DNA from: Utricularia gibba
Taxonomy: Eukaryota; Plantae; Magnoliophyta
DNA: 64,000 nucleotides
Direction of reading: 5' to 3'
Assembly (NCBI GenBank): GCA_002189035.1
Contig: NEEC01000009.1
Location: forward strand, 1,302,001 to 1,366,000
Positions within the stretch are counted from its first letter, which is position 1; every line of letters begins with the position of its first letter. The notes beneath the pieces were generated by a model. The model searched no databases. It had not been told where the DNA came from and saw only the letters and a list, made by a program, of their open reading frames with translations. This document shows, piece after piece, positions 22,087-35,358 of this stretch. The position numbers and the translations under genes were made by a program.

Positions 22087-23158
22087 TGAAGCACGCAAAC
22101 GCCTTGCTCTGTTCCCAGCTAGTCACCAAAAGGCCTTTTTAAAGAGGAAAGTTTTGTGGATCCAAATGAAGTGAACATGCGGTGTGGGGCAATGGAAGTC
22201 AGCAGGGCATGCTGTCATAAGCCCACAGAGAATGCACAGTAAAGCCAAAGTCCATTCTGAGACTGTAGCGATATATATGATAATCCACTTGACAAGAAGA
22301 GATGGTGATGATAAGAAGCAAGCCAGTAGATGGTCCCACTCCCAAGAGCAATTTAGCACACACTTGATTCTCTTCTATCCCATCCATTCCCCACTTGCAT
22401 CCCATCACATGAACTCAGATCCATTGTGAACCTCCACGAGCCCCTGTCGGTGCCACCGAATCACGTACCTATGAGAACATGCATGAATTCTTAGGGCTCA
22501 CCGTCTCCCTGTTCAGAATCTGTTCTAAACACAGCAGACTCAGACTACCCTTCTCTATGTGAAAGTGAATCCAGGCCGTGCATGGGCGTGATTAAATGTT
22601 TGGTTCCAATAGAGCTGGAAAACTCTCTCTTTTTACCCCGCGGTGAATTCATCTTGTAGAGTGGCAGCACCCAGTGAAAATATGCAATGCAGAACTAGGA
22701 CCTCGAAGGTAATAAACAAATGGTGGTGGCTTCGTGACCACATGGTGTTGACTACTAGGCAACAGAGGCACATGGGGTGGTGAGCCTGAGGCTGTCCTAA
22801 ATCCAGACAATCAACCAATGTAAACCGAAAGAATTGCACATGGGCTACCCCAAAAAAGGATTTTCTTGCATCCAACCGATCTTCATAAGCTTGGTTTAAG
22901 GTCAAGTTGTTAATGAGAGGTTGCCGGAGGATGCTGTGGATCACATCTTACTGTGAAGAAGGTGGAGGTCACGTAATTGCTCCAACTGCATAGGCGTGAG
23001 AGTGGGATTGCATACGAGTATGCATAAGTGCAAAAGCGTATAAATTGACCTCACGAGACCCAAGCTCGTCGCATTCAATGTAAGAATACCCGACAAAGCT
23101 GGGCTACACCTATAAAGATCCGAATCCCCCACCGGGCTCCGCCGGGGGATCCATCGCC

Positions 23159-23837
23159 ATGTCCCACATCGCTGTGGAGAGGAACAGAAGGAGAATCATG
23201 AACGAACATCTCAAGGTCTTACGTTCACTCACTCCCTTCTTCTACATCAAAAGGGTACGTGTGTGCAGGCTAAGTTACGTTTACTTGGTAGATTTGGTGG
23301 GCGCTTCTACTTTTTTGACATGTTTTGGTTCGTTGAAGATAGGGTGATCAGGCTTCCATAATTGGTGGGGTGATCGAGTTCATCAACGAGCTGCATCAGC
23401 TTTTGCGGTCCCTTGAGGCCAAAAAGAGAAGAAAGAGTTTGCAGCCGAGAGCCACGCAGGGTGAGAGATCGCAGGAGCTGGAAGCTTGCTGCAACTCTCC
23501 CTTTGCCGACGTCGAAGCTAAAATCTCGTCTTCCCACATTCACTTGAGAACTATCTCTCGTCGAGTTCCGGGACAAATAGTGAGAATGATTCATATACTT
23601 GAGACACTTTCCTTGGAGATTCTTCACCTCAACATCAGCACAATGGAGGATACCACTCTTTACTCTTTTGTCCTCAAGGTGATCGATGTCTGCTCTTCGC
23701 CATTTGTTTTTAAGCAACTTATTACTATTCGTACGATGTTGCAGATAGGGTTTGATTGCCGAGTAAGCTTAGAGGAGCTCGTCGGAGAAGTTCACCGGAG
23801 TTTCATCGGTGAAGGACATGCACAGCCTCAAGTCTGA
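23159..23837 (+). CDS. MUTE: bHLH transcription factor MUTE (stomatal lineage), 3 exons
   Basis: Starts directly MSHIAVERNRRR.MNEHLK.LRSLTP.FYIKR|GDQASIIGGVIEF and continues ACCNSPFADVEAK..LHLNISTMEDT.LYSFVLK|IG.DC..SLEEL. Exons 23159-23254, 23343-23678, 23745-23837. Confidence 0.93.
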
Positions 23838-24354
23838 GATCATTTCACTATGCATGCAAGCAAAGCTACTCAAAAAAAAGTAGCCCTAATCACTACATAT
23901 ATATGAATAAACATGACCTTTGACTTTCCCGGATCTCTCCTGTTCTAGACTTCATAAAGGCAATCCCCTATAACTCATTCGGACACTCTATCGAACCTGC
24001 AAAACTGTGTTACCTTAAAACTTCAAATATCCACGTTCGGATTCAAATGCAGCTTTGATAACATATTATTCAATCATTTCTTGCATTGGGCCCGACCCAG
24101 ATGTGATGTGATTTGGTGGATTATGTCTATGCCTTTCGGGCCTTGTGCTGCTTTTTTACGTAGTGGCTCATATATTATGCAAGATAGAAGAAAAATGGGA
24201 GTCAACCCTCTTGCTGGTGAGTAAATTTGCTCGTCTGTTTTCTGCAGCACAGTCTGTGTTGTTGTGAGAAAATAGTTCCGGAATTGTATCATTATCCATG
24301 TTATTTATTGCAAACTGAGAAAGGTCTGATGCACAACCACTCCTCTGTGTCAAC

Positions 24355-25288
24355 TCAAGCTACATAGTAGAGAGGATTTGGAAGTTTGAATGCTCTCTTT
24401 GCTGCTGGAGCACCCTCGAAGCTGCTCCACTGATCCCCAAAGCCCCCCAAATATGGTATCCACTGTTCACCAGCTGCTTCCTCGCATCAGCTTTGTACCT
24501 CCCTATCTCCTTGTTTTCATCATCCTGTTTCCTGCAAGTTCCTCAGAAGAAAATGAGTATCCTGCTCTGTAAATTACAACATATATGTGGAGAGAGGTCG
24601 AACCTTAAGATGAGACTTGCCCAACCATGGTAACCAACATCAACAAGGTTGTCTGTAGTGGCAGAGCGCAGACATTCCTTTCTTGATGAGATCAAGAATA
24701 TCCGAAATCCCAAGCCCTTCAAATGATCGAACAGCCTCAGTGAATGGTCCAGCACTGGCGCCTTAGCAGCCAACGCCCACTCCTCATAACTAGTTGAGTT
24801 CAGCCTGTTTCCCCTGCTTCCAGTGCTCTCTCATTAGTGATGGATTCTTGATCAACTACAAGTTTGTTCCTTAAGTAGTTGAGATGGAGTCTTACGTACC
24901 CGAAGCCGTTCTTCTTGTAATAAGGAATGGTGGAAACAAGGGTGTCATCAACATCAAAGATCCAGGCATCAGTCCCATCTTTCCTCAAACTGCAGCTCGT
25001 GCTTATGTAGGAAATGATCTCATCGATAGTTCTCTCGGAGTCGACTTTGTACTGAGTCGAAAGCATGTATTTCCAGATAAAGCTGACGCATTCCTCGGGC
25101 ACAACCTCGTAATCCCTGATGTTGTGAAGCTCCACATTCACTCTCCAGCTCTCACAGTAGTTCTTGAGTGTGATCTGGAGCCCGGATCTGGTAACCTTCC
25201 TCTGGTGCAAAATGTTCCAGTCTGCAGCTGAAGCACAGAGCAGGAAGAAGGTAGAGATCAGCAGAACCAAAAAGGGGTGCCTTCCCAT
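24355..25288 (-). CDS. HAD superfamily IIIB secreted acid phosphatase (APS1/VSP family), 3 exons, with an apparent -1 frameshift at 24435-24448
   Basis: Signal peptide, YCESWRVNVELHNI, intact DxDxT motif (FDVDDT), GYHGWASLILR, and GDQWSSF..FKLPNPLYYVA* once one G is restored. Confidence 0.9.
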
Positions 25289-25737
25289 GATTCAAGGACC
25301 TGAGATTTGTGTAGATTGTCAAAAATGGTGCAAACTATATGAGTGAAGAGAGCAGCATGGCTCCCTGAGCAGAGCTTATCTTTCTCTTTATTGCCACATG
25401 GGAAGCTGGCAATGAAATTAAAACACATTGGCAAGATGACAAGTCCCCACTCATCCATATTCATTGCAGCAGTTGCTATGAAGAAAAGTGGGGGCATTCA
25501 CGAGTCACCATCTTTTGCGGGGGCAAAATGATGTGCCATTCACTCCCACTGTGGAATGATGTAAAAATCAGAAATATTTACAAAGGTAGAAATTAGAAAA
25601 AAAAAATCAACAATTCTAATTAATTTTGTTGCCCTATTTATTCTTTTTGTTCAATGAAATGTTCCCAAACCCTTGACGTTCTATCGTTTGGAGCGTGATC
25701 GCTGGGGCGAGCATTGTCCCGGCGGTGGCCTGAGGAG

Positions 25738-26302
25738 ATGACTGCTCAAGTAAGGATATTATTCTCCTACGTTTTTGGACTCTTTGGTGTTTCGGCGAAC
25801 CGTACACCCGTCATCTCAAGAATTTCTGGAATACTCTTTGAGAAGCGCCTAATCGAGCGTCACATTTCATGCGTGCATCTGTCTTTCTGCTTTACTGCAT
25901 TTACGGATTTTTTCATGTTTTTTTTCTGCTAAATGCCTTGATTCTTTTTTAAAATTTGGAATCTCTACTGCTAAAAAAAGCCTTGATTTTTTTAACCTAA
26001 TGACATTCAATCTCGATATTCATTGTAGATTGTGAAGCCCTGACCAGTGCAGGCTGCAAGTATTTCGGGAATGCTTGTTATATCATTCGACCAAGCTGGG
26101 TATTCAATTCTAGACCTTCCAAAGGGAGGGTTACCTTGTGCTGGTAACCTGCATGAAATCTGTTGTTGTACTCTGTGTATATGCTGATCACATCTGTTCA
26201 TTCCTGTGCGCAGGGAAACCCACTTGTGTCAACTTTGGGACTGACGCAAAGTACATAGCAGTTGGATCCAGAGGAGGAGCGCGTCTCTGTGTCTTAGTTT
26301 GA
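25738..26302 (+). pseudogene. PRP19: Collapsed PRP19/MAC3 (U-box + WD40 splicing factor) relic
   Basis: ATGACTGCTCAA|GT resembles the MNCS first exon with one base missing. Then PVISRISGILFEKRLIERHIS (U-box), IVKP*PVQAASISGML (in-frame TGA at 26041) and GKPTCVNFGTDAKYIAVGS (last WD40 repeat). Confidence 0.85.
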
Positions 26303-26763
26303 AGCAGCCATTTTTTTTCTTCCGGCTCCGCCCTCCTTTAGTTTACAGAACCATCAACTTTTCGCTATCATCCCACTCGTAGGTTGTTAACAAGTTAACA
26401 CTAGTGATAGATTCTAACACCTTCTTGAATGGGATGGATATAGGAGTTGTCGCAAGTACTGCTGGAGTGTCACGAGTGCCACTACTCCGTTTCTGAAAAA
26501 TAAAGGCTCAAAATGTTTTTGGAGCCTCAGAAAGACGTGTACTTTTACTGATGCGTGTTTCTTTTGGATGGAGACTTCATTCCTTTGAAATGCCAGTTAA
26601 CATACTTTGACATAGTTTGAAATGCAAATAGTTTTGAATAGTGATTAAATGGCTTGATGTTTGGGTGCATACATTGCTCAGACATCAAAGCAAGCTTCAG
26701 TACATGAGAAACTATCAACACAAAAAAAGGGGGAAGCCTGAGTGTCAATCCAGTTTTGTCTTC

Positions 26764-28664
26764 TCAATTGCATATGTAATCTCCGCTAGCATACTTGTGA
26801 TCGGTCTCATAGAACTCAATCTTGGCATCAGAGGCAGCACAGAGTGAGAACCCCGACAACGATCTAGGCGTTTTTGAAGAAAATTTGACATACGCAAAGA
26901 TCTCAAAATCAGGTACATCATCATCATCCCCTATCTCCAAAGGCATTCTAGCTCTCAGTCTCCCAGGTTTCCCCTTCAATGGAATTTCATCAATCTGCCA
27001 TTTCAGTTCTCTTTCAGACCTATTCAAGACTGCTTTCGGTGAAACTTTTAACAGTGTAGGGTCTGAAGGCAATTTGAGAACGAAAACCACATCAGTCAAT
27101 GGTGCTGGCAGGTCTGGATTGGAAGCATAATGTATCATCAGTGACAGCAGCGTGCCACTGAGACGTTTGATGAGGCGAATCCTTAGAGGCAACGGAGACA
27201 TACGAGGTAGCAAGCTGTACTTAATGATAGGCATGGGTTCCTCTGATGGTGTAGTCCTCACGTGAAACAAGCCATTACCGAGGCTGCTCACCTTGGAGCT
27301 TTCAACAGCAAATCTCTTCACCCCTTCGGTACCTTGAACCTTAAATGAGAACTCTGTCTCCTTATTATTTGTAGAAGATGTTGGAGGCATAGTCTTGATG
27401 TATACCACACCCATCAATCCAACTCTAGCAAGCAATGACTCTCTAAATTCTGCACTTATCTCCTCCACAATGTACATTTCTGGACCTTTCATTTCAGTTT
27501 TCTTGAGCAGTATATCTTCTAGTTTCTCTCCCGTGTCACTTTTTGCCACAGTTTTGGGAGGTGGCTCACTTGTAGCCAGGAGCTCCAAGCCACCAAGACC
27601 TTGGTCCTTAGGAACCTTCTTTGGCCCAACGTACTCAGAAGCATCCAATCCGCCGCCCCACGCATCATTGATCCCCTCAAAATCTTCTGGAAGGGTCGTG
27701 CCATCGTTACTGAACTCAATCCCCCATAGTTACCTTCAAAACCTTCAACACCAATGTGAGTGGACTCTGTAGCCGCAGGAGGAGGCAATGTAGTAACTTC
27801 AAGTCCTGCTAGAGCCTTGCTAACATCCGAAAGGCCAACACCCTTGTTCTTCTTAAAACCTTCCACCAGCAATTCTTCTGGATTGTTGATCCTGTCACTA
27901 GCCGCAAACGGGTCTTTCTCTTCCTCACTGTTTTCAACTTTAGGTGCCTCTTTTTCCTCCACTTGCTGGACGAACCCTAATGCAGATGCAGCCACCTCAT
28001 CTCCAGAACTCAGTGTCTCAGCAGGGAGCTCAAAGAAAACCTTAGAAAAGGTTTCAACACTAGTCTCGTGCTCCACAGCCTGCGGTTCCACGACGGCCCA
28101 ACTATCCGCTCCTCGGATCTTAGATTCAGTGTGAACAGCAGAATGCACCATTTTGGCAATGCTTTCACCATGCATAGATGCAAGCATCGCTGCAAGCCTA
28201 ATGCTACTCACTCCTCTCAAAACTATATCCAACGCCATATATACTTCCGCATACTTCTTCCCCAATTTCTCCAGTGTTACATCGACGCCACGACAGGCAG
28301 TCACTATCACTGAAACTGCTTGATTTACAATATGTATGCACTCAAAAACATTATTATTGGAATCATCGATAGTAGCAATAGCCAAAACATAGATCGAATT
28401 GACTAGACGGTACACCACGCGATACCGTGATTCGACGCCGACAATTACCTGCCCAGAGGAAGCGGCCAATGGGTCATCTCCGAGCAAATCGGAGGATGGA
28501 TCAGACGCTGTGGCAGACTGCTGTTGGCTTTTGACGAAAGAAAGACGGGTTTCCCTGAACGCGGAAAGCGCCATGAGAGCTCGAAAAGGAGGGAACCATT
28601 CGCGAGTCTGGAGGAGTATATCCGGTCCATTAGCTGGTTGAAGAGCTAGTCCTAGACACGACAT
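26764..28664 (-). CDS. TML: TPLATE-complex muniscin-like subunit (mu-homology domain), intronless, with an apparent -1 frameshift at 27721-27725
   Basis: MSCLGLALQPANGPDILLQTREWFPP, ESRYRVVYRLVNSIYVL, DPFAASD, AWGGGLDASE and a C-terminal MHD. The two overlapping ORFs join with one extra G. Confidence 0.92.
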
Positions 28665-28784
28665 CGGAGAATCGCCGGCGGAAACTCGATCGCTCGATGG
28701 GAGATCCGAAACCGTCTGTGGAAGAGTTGCTTCTTTTTCTTAAAAGAATTACTAAAATTAAATATAATGTTTATTAAAATTACA

Positions 28785-28870
28785 CGGGCCCATTAGTAGG
28801 TTAGGAGTAATTTAGCAGGCTTGGGCCCATCTCTCAGGGAGTTAACAAAGGGGCCTGGAAAGCCCAATAT
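28785..28870. promoter_or_regulatory. Site II (GGCCCA/TGGGCC) elements in the TML-FolB divergent promoter
   Basis: GGGCCCA at about 28789, TTGGGCCCA at about 28822 and AGCCCA at about 28861. Confidence 0.45.
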
Positions 28871-29367
28871 GTGTTCCCTATTTGTCGGTGCTATGCATAT
28901 ACTGTACGGCTCATAGCTAGCCGACTCAGATTTCCGGTGAACCGGCGTTGCGGTTATCTTCTTTGGGAAATTCTACTCCAGTTGTTACTACCAGTTGAGG
29001 CTTTAGTTTGTCGTTGATTGAAATTCATGCTTCAGATCTCCTTCATGCATACTGCCTTCATCTGTTTCTGAATCTTTAAGTTTTTCTTTTCAATCCGTTA
29101 TCTGTAATTTTTTCTGTATCCCAGATGTAGTGCACTCTTCGTGAAAATGCAATTTCTGGTGTAGATTATCTAGCTTTTGCTTTGTCTTCTTTTTTCGCTT
29201 GTATTTCTTGTCTTTCTTTAGAATATTAGTGGCGGAAGTTGTATCGTGGAGGATAAGTTATTATTTGTTTCATACGTGATTATGGCGCCTTGCCTCATTG
29301 CATCACATCCTCTTCCGAATGAATGACCATGCCTCATTGGTGATGAACTTACAGGCAAACATAATAC

Positions 29368-29881
29368 ATGTCTGAAGGTGATAAAATCGTGTTGCGGGGC
29401 CTCAAGTTCCATGGTTTCCATGGTGTTTTGGATGAAGAGAGGAGATTGGGACAGAAATTCTTTGTGGACATGGATGTCTGGATGGATCTTAAACCTGCAG
29501 GTTTATCAGATCAGTTATCAGACACAGTCAGCTACGTTGATTTACATAGCATCGTAAAACAGGTTGTTGAAGGACCACCTTACAACCTTGTTGAGGCAGT
29601 GGCTCAACAGATCGCAGGCCGAGTTCTTGCTGATTACCCTCAGGTTAACAAAAGCTGTTATTACCCTCTACCCTATGTCCTACTGCTCCTCTGAAGTACG
29701 ATTCTTGGTATTACCAGAGAAGTTTCAAAATGTGCTTTGCTGATCAAAACATCACCCTCAGGTTTCAGCTGTGAGAGTTCATATTGGGAAGCCACATGTT
29801 GCTGTCCCTTGGCCTGTGGACTACTTGGGTGTTGAGATAGTCAGATACAGAAGCAAGAATTCAACAGAAACAAGGGGATAA
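29368..29881 (+). CDS. FOLB: Dihydroneopterin aldolase (folate biosynthesis), exons 29368-29643 and 29762-29881
   Basis: DKIVLRGLKFHGFHGV..EERRLGQKF.VD, DTVSY, NLVEAVA, VRVHIGKPHVAV..VDYLGVEIVR. Confidence 0.95.
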
Positions 29882-30458
29882 GATTACTGCTGGGTGTTGA
29901 GATTGTTGAAGGTAGGAGCAATCATTCAATATCTTCTGTTACTCCTTTTTCTTTTCTTTTGTCAACCAACACCTCTGAGTAGAGTTCCAGTGTCATGGTG
30001 CCATCATCTCCTTGGTGACATGACGATGATCTTTACTTGCATTACTTGGGACACGCACGAGAGATGGTCCCTGTGAGAAGAATTCCCTCGGGTCAGTAAA
30101 CGTGGCCTGTAAATGCCACGGTGAAACAAGATGTAATATTTTGGAAGTGTGTTGTAAAATTTTAAAATTTCACTGCCTTGTTTTTAGTATTTTTATGAAA
30201 TATAACATTTAATTAGTATGATTATTTATTTTTGGAGTAAATAGGTTGATATTGGGCCTTGCGACTTGGGCTTACCTTTATGTAATCGAAGGTTCCTAAG
30301 AGACCATACCCTTGGACTTCCTCCTGGTTCCCGCCCACCCCCTCAAGACACTTCATCCCGAAGTGCGATTGAGCAGCTCCGGGAATTCGTGTGGAACCAC
30401 CTTCTCTTGCTTATGAGTGGCCTCGTCCGGTGATTTGAGGTTTCCCGACGCTGCGCTG

Positions 30459-33400
30459 ATGGAGGTCGGGAAGAAGAGTAACAATAATAGCAATAGGAAG
30501 TCGAAGAAGAGGCCCCGTGAAGAGTCGGAGAAGAAATTGGAACAGCTTGATTCACTCTCCTGGAACCCTTCCATTAAGGGAATTGACGGCGGCGACGACC
30601 TTTCTCTTTTCATAGGCTCCGACGACCTACAGGGAGGTACCACGTGTTTGCAGTTTTTATCCAGAGAATAAGCAAAAGCAATGCACGTCGTATCGTGGAT
30701 TTGTTGCCTAGTTATTCGTTGAATGTCTAGCAAGATGAATGGAAAAATTGGCCCTTTGCACTATAGACAGGTGGATTTAGGAATTTAATTTGAGAAATGT
30801 GGGATTCATCTTCGACTTGTGTTGTGAACTGCTGAGTTGCGCGTTTTTCTTCTATCTTATGATGATTGATCCTTGCGTTCAGGTTTTCTGTCACTCGAGG
30901 AGATTGATGAAGTTGAATTCGGGTTAGAAATTCCGAACGTGGATGTACCTAAAGACGAGGGAGACTTGGGAAAGAAACCAAAATCAAAGAAAACCACTCC
31001 TAGTAAAATTCGTGCGGGCAATAGTTTTCTCAAGGAGCCTCATCATGAATTAGAAGGGGAGAACCAAAATGGCCCCAAGGACAATGAGACGATTCAAATC
31101 AAACAGGGGGGATCGAAAAAGAAGAACAAAAGGAATAGAAAGAAAAATAATGTGAAGAATGACGAGGCAATTGAACAGTCAGAACCGGCATCTGGTTCGT
31201 ACTCTTTCGGTGGGCTAATGACTCGTTTTATTTGTTGAATATCAAGTTACAGTCAAAATGATGGATTTTGGTTGGTCCACTTGTTTTATTATGTTTTAAA
31301 GCTAACTGGGTCTTGTACGTGTTTTTCTTGGAGATTTTGAATTTCATGTCCTTTTGTCACTCTAGGAAAAAGCTTAAATCTTGCTACCATTTGTGTTATA
31401 ACAATTAATTTTATGAAGCTTGCATGTTCACCTGGATAATTTGACTTCAGAAAATGATGTTAAGGGTGACGATGGCGATGCTTCATATTTGGAAGAAGAA
31501 TATTCTGCATGGAATGAACTGAGACTTCATCCGCTAATTATGAAATCAATATTCCGCCTCAAGTTTAAGAAGCCTACAGAAGTACAGAGAGCTTGTATTC
31601 CTCCTGCTGCTCATCAAGGGAAGGTAGTTAGTTTTGGTGGAGCTCAGCATTAATTGAATTGTTTCAAGTAATGACGTGTGGCTTGGGTGATAGGATGTAA
31701 TTGGTGCAGCCGAGACAGGATCTGGTAAGACACTTGCCTTTGGTTTGCCTATTTTCCAGCGTCTTCTAGAAGAAAAAGAGAAAGCAGAGAGGCTCCTGAT
31801 TGGGGAAGCAGATGCCAATGAGAGGGTTGCACCACGAGGAGTACTCCGTGCACTTATTATTACTCCCACCAGAGAACTGGCTCTTCAGGTGTTCTTCAAT
31901 CTTTTGGATTCTCTTTTTTTTTTTCTAGTTTCTATATTATCTATTGCAATGCAGAAGACTGCTGTATTATAATATTCTTCCTGCTGAAGGTCACTGATCA
32001 TCTGAGGGCTGTAGCTGTTGGAACCAGTATCAGAGTTGTTCCTATTGTTGGTGGAATGTCAACAGAGAAGCAGGAAAGACTGCTGAAAGCAAGGCCTGAA
32101 ATCATTGTTGGAACACCAGGGAGGCTGTGGGAAATTATGTCTCGTGGTGAACCACACCTTGTTGAGGTAATGATTTTTCCGAACTCAGTTATTGATGTGC
32201 TTCCTTGACCAGTTGTGCGGGAGGATCATTCTTGAACATCTTTTATGTCAGTTTTCTTTACTTCTTTTTTCTTGCAGCTTCACTCTCTGTCATTTTTTGT
32301 GTTGGATGAGGCTGACCGTATGATTGAAACGGGGCATTTCACTGAGTTACAGTCCATAATTGACATGCTTCCTGCGGGCAAGGAGTCAGCTGAAATACAG
32401 GCTCAAAATATGAATTGTGTGACTGTTCACAGTACACAAAGGAAAAAAAGGCAGACCTTTGTTTTTTCTGCAACACTTTCGCTTTCCTCTGGTTTTCGTA
32501 AGAAGCTAAAGAGTGGAAAAGTTAATACAGTAAAAGATGGGCTTGATTCTATCGAGTCTCTGTCTCAAAGGGCAGGGATGAGGGCCAACACTGCCATAAT
32601 AGATCTTACAAATGCTTCAGTTCTCGTGAGAAATCTTGTGGAATCCGTCATCGAGTAGGTTAACTAGCTTTCATTTTCGCTTTTTTTAATGGGAATATGA
32701 ATTTTAAACACTCTGTGCATGATTGAATGATCATCCCGCATTTTGTATGTTAAAGCATCTACTCCATTTCGTAAGTGTAAGGTAATTCCTGCAGTCTTTG
32801 AATTGCAGGTCTACAGAAGAAGAAAAGGATGGGTACCTATATTATATATTGAGTGTACATGGTCATGGTCGCACAATTGTGTTTTGTACTTCCATTGCTG
32901 CCTTGCGCCGTATTTCATCCATATTGCGAATTCTTGGCATAAATGTTTGGACTCTTCACTCAGAAATGCAACAGAGGGCACGCCTCAAGGTTGGTTGGCC
33001 TTCGTATTTAGTAACTAATATGGTCCTATCGTTATATTTTTTGAAAAAAAATGTTTTTATTCATTTATACTTGTCTTATCATCAAGCTAAAGTGTGGATC
33101 TGTATCTCAAGTATTTCCTAAGAGTGGATTAGCTTGTTATCAATGGTTTTTCTTATATATTCTGTTGTGTTTGTATGTGCATGAATGGAGAAAAAACGTT
33201 GTAGTTATGCACAGCTCTATCCTTTGATGCTTTTCTGTTAGAGTCACTTACCTTCTCATTGGTAGTCTGTGGACCATTTCCGTGCAACGGAGGACAGTGT
33301 ACTCATTGCTACAGATGCAGCAGCGAGAGGTCTTGATATTCCTGGTGTGCGAACTGTTATTCATTATCAACTTCCGCTCTCAGCAGATGTAAAATTTTCC

Positions 33401-35358
33401 AAATATGTTCGTTTTCCTATCTTGCAAGCACGCCTTTTTCTCACTATTGAAATGTTAAACTGAAGGTATATGTCCATAGATGCGGAAGAACAGCTAGGGC
33501 CTCTAGTGATGGGTGCAGCATTGCTTTAATTTCACCCAATGATGCATCAAATTTTGCTGCTCTTTCTAAATCCTTTCAAAAGGTATATCTGTTTGTGATA
33601 TCTCTATAGTCGGAAGAAGCTGTTTATATCTATGTTGATTATATTTTTTAGCAACTAAATTTCAGTGATATGGATGATTAAGTAGTGTAAGTTCATATTA
33701 GTGGCTCTTCCTTTTAAGTTTACTATGATATCAGATTTCCTACTCTACGGATATTGTTCAGTGACTTGTATAATTTTTCTATTTTTACAGGAAAGCTTTC
33801 AGCGGTTCCCTGTTGAATTGTCATATATGCAAGATATCATGAAAAGGTCTTCTCTTGCACATCAAATTGACAAAATTTCGAGGAATGCCTCCAAGGTACT
33901 AAATCTGTCAGACATCCTGGGTCTTTAATTTTCATGATATTTTATCTTAAAACTGATCCCCGTTGTACACATGGAGCATTTTACCAGTTTATTTAGCATT
34001 CTATCCATTGTGCTTCCCTATTGTCTACTAAGTCTCTCTCTCTATCATAATAACACTTAATGGTGACAACATTTTGTTTCCACGTTTCATTCTTTTTTTT
34101 TCAGGAAAAGGCACAGAGAAGTTGGTTGGAGCGGAATGCTGAATTATTGGATCTGGATTTGGATGAGGATGATAGCGAGGAGGAGAAAATGAAGAAACAC
34201 AAGCAAAAGAAAGCCAAATCAAATCAGTTGAATAAGTTGCAACAGGTCATGGAAGTTCTTGTTCCTCAGTTTAACCAAATGTTCAATCCTTAAATTTTTC
34301 CTATCTAAACTGATTATGCTGCCATTACATGTTTTTTCCTTGTTTCAGGAGCTCAATGCGCTACTTGCAATTCCATTGCAGCCTAAAACATTCTCCAGGC
34401 GCTTTTTGGCTGGGGTAGGTACATACATGGGTGTAAGATAATTTTAGGATGCTTGGTGATGAAATCATTTTGGATGAGCTTAACTGCTGCAAGACTTGGT
34501 TGAATAGTGAAATCCTAAAAATTGATTTTGATGCTGTGCCTATCGCTTGGAACTGAAGGATCTTTTTTTTTTTTTCGCAAAACTATTCATGACAACATTC
34601 AGAATTCTAAAGTGATTTGTTGCACTTGCAGGCCGGTGTTTCTCCTCTTCTTCAGTCTCAGTTTGAAGAACTGTCAAAGGAGAAATCGAAGGATTCACAT
34701 AATTCAGAAGCGAATAAAAGGAGAAAATTTGTGGTGATTGGCCAGGATTTCGTGGAACCGCTCATGGCATTGAAGAGAGCTGGCACGGAGGTACGTACTG
34801 CTTTGGAAGTTTTATATTCTTTGGCGTGCCTACTTTAAGGCATTTCTAATATAACCATTTTGCAAGGATGAAACCACCTTTCTGAGGAATATTATCGTAC
34901 TCCATAACACTATTATTGCATTCCAATCTCCAGGGTTATGTGATTTTTTGTCCTCTTTATATATAAAGCCTAAAAAAACTTTAGTTTGTCTTGTGAATAT
35001 TTCTTCACACCATCTTTTTTAGTCATGCATATGGGAAGTCGTATCAAGAAAATGTCTGTACATGCTTTTCCATGTTCCCCAAGCCATATTCTTCTGAATC
35101 GTCATGTTTCTCGATTGTCTGTTTTTCCATAGGCGTGCTTGGATCTTAAAGGGATAGCGGAGAAGAAGAGTAGTATGGATAAGTTGCGGAGGAAGAGGAA
35201 AGAGATGAAAAAACGTACTACCAGAGTTTATTAGATACTCTTCTTCTTTGCTACTGTATCATACCGTGAGCTGATCACCAGATTCTTCTGCTTGTTCAGG
35301 TCTACGTGACGAAAGGAAAAATGAAAAACGAAAAAGCAAGCGCCCAGATGGTCAATGA
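30459..35358 (+). CDS. RH13: DEAD-box ATP-dependent RNA helicase 13 (DDX24/MAK5-like), multi-exon
   Basis: [79 protein letters not shown], basic C-terminus. Confidence 0.93.
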
